DNA of 23,210 nucleotides from a virus (Duplodnaviria; Heunggongvirae; Uroviricota; Caudoviricetes): IMG/VR virus record IMGVR_UViG_2861069343_000008; one strand, 5' to 3'. Shown piece by piece: positions 16,469 to 23,210 of this stretch (position 1 is its first letter; each line of letters starts with the position of its first letter). The notes under the pieces were generated by a model. It saw only the letters and a program-made list of their open reading frames with translations, ran no database searches and was not told where the DNA came from. The position numbers and the translations under genes were made by a program.

Positions 16469-16543
16469 TCCCCTTTCCTGTTTTCCTAATCAGCCTGGCA
16501 TTTCGCGGGCGATATTTTCACAGCCATTTTCAGGAGGTCAGCC

Positions 16544-16840
16544 ATGAACGCTTATTACATTCAGGATCGTCTTGAGGCTCAGAGCTGGGCGCGTCACTAC
16601 CAGCAGATCGCCCGTGAAGAGAAAGAGGCAGAACTGGCAGACGACATGGAAAAAGGCCTGCCCCAGCACCTGTTTGAATCGCTATGCATCGATCATTTGC
16701 AACGCCACGGGGCCAGCAAAAAAGCCATTACCCGTGCGTTTGATGACGATGTTGAGTTTCAGGAGCGCATGGCAGAACACATCCGGTACATGGTTGAAAC
16801 CATTGCTCACCACCAGGTTGATATTGATTCAGAGGTATAA
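16544..16840 (+). CDS. gam: Gam (RecBCD inhibitor), short GamS form only
   Basis: 98 aa, [60 protein letters not shown]…[10 protein letters not shown], near-identical to lambda GamS as recalled. AGGAGG Shine-Dalgarno upstream. Confidence 0.9.
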   Translation: MNAYYIQDRLEAQSWARHYQQIAREEKEAELADDMEKGLPQHLFESLCIDHLQRHGASKKAITRAFDDDVEFQERMAEHIRYMVETIAHHQVDIDSEV

Positions 16841-16845
16841 AACGG

Positions 16846-17631
16846 ATGAGTACAGCACTCGCAACGCTGGCTGGGAAGCTGGCTGAACGTGTCGGCATGG
16901 ATTCTGTCGACCCACAGGAACTGATCACCACTCTTCGCCAGACGGCATTTAAAGGTGATGCCAGCGATGCGCAGTTCATCGCATTGCTGATCGTCGCCAA
17001 CCAGTACGGCCTTAATCCGTGGACGAAAGAAATTTACGCCTTCCCTGATAAGCAGAACGGCATTGTTCCGGTGGTGGGCGTTGATGGCTGGTCCCGCATC
17101 ATCAATGAAAACCAGCAGTTTGATGGCATGGACTTTGAGCAGGACAATGAATCCTGTACATGCCGGATTTACCGCAAGGACCGTAATCATCCGATCTGCG
17201 TTACCGAATGGATGGATGAATGCCGCCGCGAACCATTCAAAACCCGCGAAGGCAGAGAAATCACGGGGCCGTGGCAGTCGCATCCCAAACGGATGTTACG
17301 GCATAAAGCCATGATTCAGTGTGCCCGTCTGGCCTTCGGATTTGCTGGTATCTATGACAAGGATGAAGCCGAGCGCATTGTCGAAAATACTGCATACACT
17401 GCAGAACGTCAGCCGGAACGCGACATCACTCCGGTTAACGATGAAACCATGCAGGAGATTAACACTCTGCTGATCGCCCTGGATAAAACATGGGATGACG
17501 ACTTATTGCCGCTCTGTTCCCAGATATTTCGCCGCGACATTCGCGCATCGTCAGAACTGACACAGGCCGAAGCAGTGAAAGCTCTTGGATTCCTTAAACA
17601 GAAAGCCACTGAGCAGAAGGTGGCAGCATGA
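16846..17631 (+). CDS. bet: Bet (Red-beta single-strand annealing protein)
   Basis: 261 aa, [66 protein letters not shown]… matches lambda Bet as recalled. Confidence 0.95.
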   Translation: MSTALATLAGKLAERVGMDSVDPQELITTLRQTAFKGDASDAQFIALLIVANQYGLNPWTKEIYAFPDKQNGIVPVVGVDGWSRIINENQQFDGMDFEQDNESCTCRIYRKDRNHPICVTEWMDECRREPFKTREGREITGPWQSHPKRMLRHKAMIQCARLAFGFAGIYDKDEAERIVENTAYTAERQPERDITPVNDETMQEINTLLIALDKTWDDDLLPLCSQIFRRDIRASSELTQAEAVKALGFLKQKATEQKVAA

Positions 17632-18308
17632 CACCGGACATTATCCTGCAGCGTACCGGGATCGACGTGAGAGCTGTCGAACAGGGGGATGATGCATGGC
17701 ACAAATTACGGCTCGGCGTCATCACCGCTTCAGAAGTTCACAACGTGATAGCAAAGCCCCGCTCAGGAAAGAAGTGGCCTGACATGAAAATGTCCTACTT
17801 CCACACCCTGCTGGCTGAGGTTTGCACCGGTGTGGCTCCGGAAGTTAATGCTAAGGCGCTGGCCTGGGGAAAACAGTACGAGAACGACGCCAGAACCCTG
17901 TTTGAATTCACTTCCAGCGTGAATATTACTGAATCCCCGATCATCTATCGCGACGAAAATATGCGCACCGCCTGCTCTCCCGATGGTTTATGCAGTGACG
18001 GCAACGGCCTTGAACTGAAATGCCCGTTTACCTCCCGGGATTTCATGAAATTCCGGCTCGGTGGTTTCGAGGCAATAAAATCGGCTTACATGGCCCAGGT
18101 GCAGTACAGCATGTGGGTGACGCGAAAAGATGCCTGGTACTTTGCCAACTATGACCCGCGCATGAAGCGTGAAGGCCTGCATTATGTCGTGGTTGAGCGG
18201 GATGAAAAGTACATGGCGAGTTTTGACGAGATGGTGCCGGAGTTCATCGAAAAAATGGACGAGGCACTGGCTGAAATTGGTTTTGTATTTGGGGAGCAAT
18301 GGCGATGA
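17628..18308 (+). CDS. exo: Exo (Red-alpha 5'-3' exonuclease)
   Basis: 226 aa, [65 protein letters not shown]… matches lambda Exo as recalled. Start overlaps the bet stop. Confidence 0.95.
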   Translation: MTPDIILQRTGIDVRAVEQGDDAWHKLRLGVITASEVHNVIAKPRSGKKWPDMKMSYFHTLLAEVCTGVAPEVNAKALAWGKQYENDARTLFEFTSSVNITESPIIYRDENMRTACSPDGLCSDGNGLELKCPFTSRDFMKFRLGGFEAIKSAYMAQVQYSMWVTRKDAWYFANYDPRMKREGLHYVVVERDEKYMASFDEMVPEFIEKMDEALAEIGFVFGEQWR

Positions 18309-18487
18309 CGCATCCTCACGATAATATCCGGGTAGGTGCGATCACTTTCGTCTACTCCGTTACAAAGCGAGGCTGGGTATTTCCCGGCCTTTCTGTTATC
18401 AGAAATCCCCTGAAAGCACAGCGGCTGGCTGAGGAGATAAATAATAAACGGGGAGCTGTATGCACAAAGCATCTCCCGTTGAGTTAA
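18299..18487 (+). CDS. Lambda orf60a-like small protein
   Basis: 62 aa, [28 protein letters not shown]… Position directly after exo matches lambda orf60a as recalled. Confidence 0.65.
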   Translation: MAMTHPHDNIRVGAITFVYSVTKRGWVFPGLSVIRNPLKAQRLAEEINNKRGAVCTKHLPLS

Positions 18488-18651
18488 GAACGAGTATCGA
18501 GATGGCACATAGCCTCGCTCAAATTGGAGTCAGGTTTGTGCCAATACCAGTAGAAACAGACGAAGAATTTCATACGTTAGCCGCATTCCTTTCACAAAAG
18601 CTGGAAATGATGGTGGCGAAAGCAGAAGCAGATGAGAGAGACCAGGTATGA
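18460..18651 (+). CDS. Lambda orf63-like small protein
   Basis: 63-aa ORF overlapping the end of orf60a, same order as in lambda. Confidence 0.65.
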   Translation: MHKASPVELRTSIEMAHSLAQIGVRFVPIPVETDEEFHTLAAFLSQKLEMMVAKAEADERDQV

Positions 18652-18727
18652 CAACCACTGAATGCATTTTTCTGGCAGCGGGCTTCATATTCTGTGTGCT
18701 TATGCTTGCCGACATGGGGCTTGTTCA

Positions 18728-18943
18728 ATGACACCTCAGCAAGAAAACGCCCTTCGCAGCATTGCCCGTCAGGCTAATTCTGAAATCAAAAAAGCCAGAC
18801 AGCAGTTTCCGGATAAAAACGTCGATGACATTTGCCGTAGCGTACTAAAGAAGCACCGCGAAACGGTAACGCTGATGGGATTCACACCGACTCATTTAAG
18901 CCTGGCGATCGGCATGTTGAACGGCGTCTTTAAGGAACGGTGA
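18728..18943 (+). CDS. Lambda orf61-like small protein
   Basis: Internal start MTPQQENALRSIARQANSEIKKARQQF… of the 93-aa track ORF (18662-18943); 71 aa from this Met. Confidence 0.55.
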   Translation: MTPQQENALRSIARQANSEIKKARQQFPDKNVDDICRSVLKKHRETVTLMGFTPTHLSLAIGMLNGVFKER

Positions 18944-19041
18944 ACATGAAAAGCAAAATCATCAGGGAGCTACAGGCTCCTTTTTTATTATTCGCATTCA
19001 CCCTCAAGCGTATTAACCAACAATTCAGGGATTAATGAAAG

Positions 19042-19263
19042 ATGGCAGACATAATTGATTCAGCATCAGAAATTGAAGAATTACAGCGCAACACAGCAAT
19101 AAAAATGCGCCGCCTGAACCACCAGGCTATATCTGCCACTCATTGTTGTGAGTGTGGCGATCCGATAGATGAACGAAGACGACTGGCCGTTCAGGGTTGT
19201 CGGACTTGTGCCAGTTGCCAGCAAGATCTGGAGCTTATCAGTAAACAGAGAGGTTCGAAGTGA
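19042..19263 (+). CDS. DksA/TraR-family C4 zinc-finger protein (lambda orf73-like)
   Basis: 73 aa with a C4 zinc finger (CCECGDPIDERRRL…CRTCASC) and an N-terminal acidic helix. Resembles TraR-type RNA-polymerase secondary-channel binders. Confidence 0.7.
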   Translation: MADIIDSASEIEELQRNTAIKMRRLNHQAISATHCCECGDPIDERRRLAVQGCRTCASCQQDLELISKQRGSK

Positions 19264-19415
19264 GCGAAATTAACTAGAAGCCAAAGATAAAATCATCGCT
19301 GAGCAGGAGAAAATCGCTAACGGAGAAAAGACAGTAAGTCAGTATATGAAAACCGCATGATATCATCAGATAAAAATCGGTCGTAAAGCGAAATATTAAT
19401 ACCAGAACAAACGAG

Positions 19416-19439
19416 TCGAGGTAAATTATATTACCTCGA
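19416..19439 (-). terminator. Stem-loop, possible terminator for the minus-strand membrane-protein gene
   Basis: Perfect 9-bp inverted repeat TCGAGGTAA / TTACCTCGA with a 6-nt loop, 35 bp downstream of the 19474 stop. Only a weak U-tract follows on the minus strand. Confidence 0.3.
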
Positions 19440-19473
19440 TAAATTAACTAAAACTTGCCCGCTATATACTATA

Positions 19474-20076
19474 TCATTCAGTATCATCACGCGCGGTCTG
19501 TGCATATGTCACTACCGCACCTAATATATTAATTTTCTTTTCAACATAGATAATATTATCGTACTCATAATTGCCATACGGATAGCAAATGCGAATATTC
19601 TCATGTAGATCGGGGTCATCCACCTCAGCTCCAGAACAACTTTTTGAACTACCGGAAGTATACCGATACGGTGCAACATAAGACGATGTCTCTCCAGGCA
19701 AAAAATAAGTTAGTGTCGTAAGGGGTATAATCAGAAAAAATCCAGCAAATATGCACATCCCTGCATAAACCTTAAGGTATGCTGACAGACTCTTCCAGCC
19801 GCTTTGTTTTACTATCCCCTTCTTAACCCAAAACAGAGATAACAGAAAAGCTATTCCCATGCTAAACAGAATGTAATAGTGGGATATACTCTGATTAAGA
19901 AACGTGACCCTGTAGATATCTGCCCGCCACCAGAAGAAAAGGAAAATAAAGATCAGCCCTGAAACTGTCATGCAAATCAAATAAGGATACGAATCTTTTT
20001 TCATGTTTAGCGCCCATAAAATTTTTCCTGACCCGGACAAATTTACCATCCATTTTTTGCGCAGAAAATAGCTCAT
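19474..20076 (-). CDS. Integral membrane protein of unknown function (moron; about 3-4 TM helices plus a ~75-aa C-terminal soluble domain)
   Basis: 200-aa ORF antisense to the phage early-left operon, in a markedly AT-rich segment that replaces the lambda ea22/ea8.5 area. Hydrophobic helices (LICMTVSGLIFIFLFFWW, YYILFSMGIAFLLSLFWV, VYAGMCIFAGFFLIIPLTTLTYFL). Start ambiguous among three in-frame Met codons, none with a good Shine-Dalgarno. Confidence 0.5.
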   Translation of the reverse strand: MSYFLRKKWMVNLSGSGKILWALNMKKDSYPYLICMTVSGLIFIFLFFWWRADIYRVTFLNQSISHYYILFSMGIAFLLSLFWVKKGIVKQSGWKSLSAYLKVYAGMCIFAGFFLIIPLTTLTYFLPGETSSYVAPYRYTSGSSKSCSGAEVDDPDLHENIRICYPYGNYEYDNIIYVEKKINILGAVVTYAQTARDDTE

Positions 20077-20318
20077 TACTTACTGCACAATAATACACAA
20101 AATTGCGTAAATTTTTTGCATGGATTTTAGCTCTTTCAGCCGACATTTAAGGGGTAAATAGCATTTCCTAAAAGCAACTGCACCAACCCAACAGAATGGG
20201 CTACCGCTTACGTTGAGAGCAAAAAAGTGTATAGCAGCAATGAACAGCATCCTCGCACTGACGAGGATTTCTTTTATCTGAACTCGCTACGGCGGGTTTT
20301 GTTTTATGGAGATGATAA

Positions 20319-20486
20319 ATGCACTTCCGAGTCACAGGTGAATGGAATGGAGAACCATTCAACAGAGTTATCGAAGCCGAGAACATCAGCGACTGCTATG
20401 ACCACTGGATGCTGTGGGCGCAGATAGCACATGCAGACGTAACCAATATTCGAATTGAAGAACTGAAAGAACACCAAGCCGCCTGA
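20319..20486 (+). CDS. Small hypothetical protein upstream of xis
   Basis: Hand-translated 55-aa ORF (MHFRVTGEWNGEPFNRVIEAENISDCYDHWMLWAQIAHADVTNIRIEELKEHQAA) with GGAG 8 nt upstream, ending inside a terminator hairpin. Confidence 0.35.
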   Translation: MHFRVTGEWNGEPFNRVIEAENISDCYDHWMLWAQIAHADVTNIRIEELKEHQAA

Positions 20487-20499
20487 TGGCGGTTTTTTC
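20477..20499 (+). terminator. Putative rho-independent terminator upstream of xis
   Basis: CCGCC-TGAT-GGCGG hairpin followed by TTTTTT. Confidence 0.45.
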
Positions 20500-20525
20500 T
20501 TGCGTGTAATTGCGGAGACTTTGCG

Positions 20526-20744
20526 ATGTACTTGACACTTCAGGAGTGGAACGCTCGCCAGCGACGCCCAAGAAGCCTTGAAACAGTTCGTCGATGGGTG
20601 CGCGAATGCAGGATATTCCCTCCTCCGGTTAAGGATGGAAGAGAATATCTGTTCCACGAATCAGCGGTAAAGGTTGACTTAAATCGACCAGTAACAGGTA
20701 GCCTTTTGAAGAGGATCAGAAATGGGAAGAAGGCGAAGTCATGA
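20526..20744 (+). CDS. xis: Excisionase Xis
   Basis: 72 aa, MYLTLQEWNARQRRPRSLETVRRWVRECRIFPPPVKDGREYLFHESAVKVDLNRPVTGSLLKRIRNGKKAKS, matches lambda Xis as recalled. Its 3' end overlaps the int start. Confidence 0.9.
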   Translation: MYLTLQEWNARQRRPRSLETVRRWVRECRIFPPPVKDGREYLFHESAVKVDLNRPVTGSLLKRIRNGKKAKS

Positions 20745-21792
20745 GCGCCGGGATTTACCCCCTAACCTTTATATAAGAAACAATGGATATTACTGCTACA
20801 GGGACCCAAGGACGGGTAAAGAGTTTGGATTAGGCCGAGACAGGCGAATCGCAATCACTGAAGCTATACAGGCCAACATTGAGTTATTTTCAGGACACAA
20901 ACACAAGCCTCTGACAGCGAGAATCAACAGTGATAATTCCGTTACGTTACATTCATGGCTTGATCGCTACGAAAAAATCCTGGCCAGCAGAGGAATCAAG
21001 CAGAAGACACTCATAAATTACATGAGCAAAATTAAAGCAATAAGGAGGGGTCTGCCTGATGCTCCACTTGAAGACATCACCACAAAAGAAATTGCGGCAA
21101 TGCTCAATGGATACATAGACGAGGGCAAGGCGGCGTCAGCCAAGTTAATCAGATCAACACTGAGCGATGCATTCCGAGAGGCAATAGCTGAAGGCCATAT
21201 AACAACAAACCCTGTCGCTGCCACTCGCGCAGCAAAATCAGAGGTAAGGAGATCAAGACTTACGGCTGACGAATACCTGAAAATTTATCAAGCAGCAGAA
21301 TCATCACCATGTTGGCTCAGACTTGCAATGGAACTGGCTGTTGTTACCGGGCAACGAGTTGGTGATTTATGCGAAATGAAGTGGTCTGATATCGTAGATG
21401 GATATCTTTATGTCGAGCAAAGCAAAACAGGCGTAAAAATTGCCATCCCAACAGTATTGCATGTTGATGCTCTCGGAATATCAATGAAGGAAACACTTGA
21501 TAAATGCAAAGAGATTCTTGGCGGAGAAACCATAATTGCATCTACTCGTCGCGAACCGCTTTCATCCGGCACAGTATCAAGGTATTTTATGCGCGCACGA
21601 AAAGCATCAGGTCTTTCCTTCGAAGGGGATCCGCCTACCTTTCACGAGTTGCGCAGTTTGTCTGCAAGACTCTATGAGAAGCAGATAAGCGATAAGTTTG
21701 CTCAACATCTTCTCGGGCATAAGTCGGACACCATGGCATCACAGTATCGTGATGACAGAGGCAGGGAGTGGGACAAAATTGAAATCAAATAA
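20722..21792 (+). CDS. int: Tyrosine integrase Int (lambda type)
   Basis: 356 aa, MGRRRSHERRDLPPNLYIRNNGYYCYRDPRTGKEFGLGRDRRIAI… matches lambda Int as recalled, including the C-terminal catalytic region (…HELRSLSARLY…LLGHKSDTMASQYRDD with the Tyr nucleophile). Confidence 0.95.
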   Translation: MGRRRSHERRDLPPNLYIRNNGYYCYRDPRTGKEFGLGRDRRIAITEAIQANIELFSGHKHKPLTARINSDNSVTLHSWLDRYEKILASRGIKQKTLINYMSKIKAIRRGLPDAPLEDITTKEIAAMLNGYIDEGKAASAKLIRSTLSDAFREAIAEGHITTNPVAATRAAKSEVRRSRLTADEYLKIYQAAESSPCWLRLAMELAVVTGQRVGDLCEMKWSDIVDGYLYVEQSKTGVKIAIPTVLHVDALGISMKETLDKCKEILGGETIIASTRREPLSSGTVSRYFMRARKASGLSFEGDPPTFHELRSLSARLYEKQISDKFAQHLLGHKSDTMASQYRDDRGREWDKIEIK

Positions 21793-21865
21793 TGATTTTA
21801 TTTTGACTGATAGTGACCTGTTCGTTGCAACAAATTGATAAGCAATGCTTTTTTATAATGCCAAC

Positions 21866-21880
21866 TTAGTATAAAAAAGC
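21866..21880. other. attL core (prophage-host junction; lambda att core O)
   Basis: TTAGTATAAAAAAGC is the reverse complement of the lambda 15-bp core GCTTTTTTATACTAA. The phage-side flank (21793-21865) matches the lambda P' arm read as reverse complement; the host-side flank begins AGG, as on the bacterial arm. Confidence 0.8.
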
Positions 21881-21926
21881 AGGCTTCAACGGATTCATTT
21901 TTCTATTTCATAGCCCGGAGCAACCT

Positions 21927-23210
21927 GTGAACACATTTTCAGTTTCCCGTCTGGCGCTGGCATTGGCTTTTGGCGTGACGCTGACCGCCTGTAGCTCAAC
22001 CCCGCCCGATCAACGTCCTTCTGATCAAACCGCGCCTGGTACCTCTTCTCGCCCGATTCTGTCGGCAAAAGAAGCGCAGAATTTCGATGCTCAACACTAT
22101 TTTGCATCCCTGACACCAGGTGCAGCAGCGTGGAATCCTTCCCCGATTACCCTGCCTGCGCAACCTGACTTTGTTGTCGGCCCGGCGGGCACTCAAGGTG
22201 TAACGCATACCACGATTCAGGCGGCGGTAGATGCGGCAATTATCAAGCGTACCAACAAGCGCCAGTATATTGCCGTGATGCCTGGTGAGTATCAGGGAAC
22301 GGTATATGTCCCTGCCGCTCCGGGTGGAATTACTCTGTACGGTACAGGTGAAAAACCGATTGATGTGAAGATTGGGCTTTCCCTTGATGGTGGCATGAGC
22401 CCTGCCGACTGGCGTCACGACGTCAACCCGCGCGGCAAATATATGCCAGGTAAACCAGCGTGGTATATGTACGATAGCTGCCAGAGCAAACGCAGCGACA
22501 GTATCGGTGTTCTCTGCTCTGCGGTCTTCTGGTCACAAAACAATGGCCTGCAACTGCAAAATCTGACCATCGAAAACACGCTGGGCGATAGCGTAGATGC
22601 AGGTAACCATCCGGCGGTGGCACTGCGTACTGATGGTGACCAGGTACAGATTAACAACGTTAACATTCTCGGTCGTCAGAACACCTTCTTTGTCACCAAC
22701 AGCGGTGTGCAGAACCGTCTGGAAACGAATCGTCAGCCGCGTACGCTGGTGACCAACAGCTACATTGAAGGGGATGTGGATATCGTTTCTGGTCGCGGCG
22801 CAGTGGTGTTCGATAACACCGAATTCCGCGTGGTGAACTCACGTACTCAGCAAGAAGCGTATGTGTTTGCACCGGCTACGCTGTCCAACATTTACTACGG
22901 TTTCCTCGCCGTAAACAGCCGTTTCAATGCTTTCGGTGATGGTGTGGCGCAACTGGGCCGCTCGCTGGATGTTGATGCCAATACCAACGGTCAGGTGGTG
23001 ATCCGTGATAGCGCCATCAACGAAGGTTTTAACACGGCTAAACCGTGGGCCGATGCGGTGATCTCTAATCGTCCGTTTGCGGGTAATACCGGCAGCGTAG
23101 ATGATAACGACGAAATACAGCGCAATCTGAATGACACTAACTACAACCGCATGTGGGAATACAATAACCGCGGCGTGGGTAGTAAAGTGGTTGCAGAGGC
23201 GAAGAAGTAA
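21927..23210 (+). CDS. ybhC: Host outer-membrane lipoprotein YbhC (pectinesterase-fold putative acyl-CoA thioesterase)
   Basis: 427 aa from a GTG start. Lipoprotein signal MNTFSVSRLALALAFGVTLTAC. Matches E. coli YbhC, the gene bordering the lambda attB site. Moderate-to-high GC, typical of core genome. Confidence 0.9.
   Translation: MNTFSVSRLALALAFGVTLTACSSTPPDQRPSDQTAPGTSSRPILSAKEAQNFDAQHYFASLTPGAAAWNPSPITLPAQPDFVVGPAGTQGVTHTTIQAAVDAAIIKRTNKRQYIAVMPGEYQGTVYVPAAPGGITLYGTGEKPIDVKIGLSLDGGMSPADWRHDVNPRGKYMPGKPAWYMYDSCQSKRSDSIGVLCSAVFWSQNNGLQLQNLTIENTLGDSVDAGNHPAVALRTDGDQVQINNVNILGRQNTFFVTNSGVQNRLETNRQPRTLVTNSYIEGDVDIVSGRGAVVFDNTEFRVVNSRTQQEAYVFAPATLSNIYYGFLAVNSRFNAFGDGVAQLGRSLDVDANTNGQVVIRDSAINEGFNTAKPWADAVISNRPFAGNTGSVDDNDEIQRNLNDTNYNRMWEYNNRGVGSKVVAEAKK

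Larger units (their letters stand above)
1..21880. mobile_element. Defective mosaic lambdoid prophage (integrase-proximal part; the prophage continues beyond the left edge of the window)
   Basis: Contiguous phage modules (cos, lysis, Q, nin, ren, O fragment, immunity, Red, xis, int) ending at a lambda-type att core at 21866-21880 next to host ybhC. No head or tail morphogenesis genes and no P gene are present. Confidence 0.85.

Noticed and set aside
16728-17702. Minus-strand ORFs (90, 158 and 97 aa) inside bet and exo
   Set aside because: Antisense to intact, translationally coupled bet and exo; no start-site support.
20227-20427. 66-aa plus-strand ORF upstream of xis, and the overlapping minus-strand ORFs at 20201-20657
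   Set aside because: No ribosome-binding site. When I re-translated this interval by hand from the printed sequence I could not reproduce the track ORF in a single frame, so I did not trust it. I preferred the overlapping 55-aa ORF at 20319-20486, which has a GGAG and ends in a terminator. The minus-strand ORFs run antisense through the xis 5' region.
21895-22666. Minus-strand ORFs (73, 140, 83 and 66 aa) inside ybhC
   Set aside because: Antisense shadows within a conserved host gene; arginine-rich translations typical of GC-rich antisense frames.
1-23210. Search for CRISPR arrays, tRNA or rRNA genes and insertion sequences
   Set aside because: No regularly spaced direct repeats with unique spacers, no tRNA-like cloverleaf adjacent to the att core (the lambda attB site is not in a tRNA), and no transposase ORF or terminal inverted repeats were seen. 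The only repeat families are the ori iterons and the operator repeats.

Overview
This window is the integrase-proximal ~21.9 kb of a defective, mosaic lambdoid prophage sitting at the canonical lambda attachment site, followed by the host gene ybhC (21927-23210). All calls are from reading the sequence and ORF track against remembered protein families; no database search was run. Left to right: a SAM-methyltransferase gene, a tail-fibre 3' remnant fused out of frame to a truncated Nu1, an intact cos site, a phage-21-type lysis cassette (pinholin S, SAR endolysin R, Rz/Rz1), an AT-rich cargo island inside the late operon (AraC-family regulator, YbgA-family protein, Blc-like lipocalin), a 21/DLP12-type Q and nin module, two lipoprotein genes, ren, a truncated O gene retaining four ori iterons, the immunity region, a lambda-like gam-bet-exo-orf60a-orf63-orf61 block, a TraR-like gene, a membrane-protein moron, then xis, int and attL. 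All head and tail genes and the P helicase loader are missing, and no N gene was found. The most interesting locus is a translationally coupled two-gene operon (14180-15753) in the slot lambda uses for rexA-rexB: a putative HipA/PI3-4-kinase-fold protein plus a DUF3037-like partner, which I propose as an uncharacterised prophage exclusion or abortive-infection module. Other candidates are the late-operon cargo island, the lipoprotein pair, the membrane-protein moron, and the iteron-bearing O fragment.
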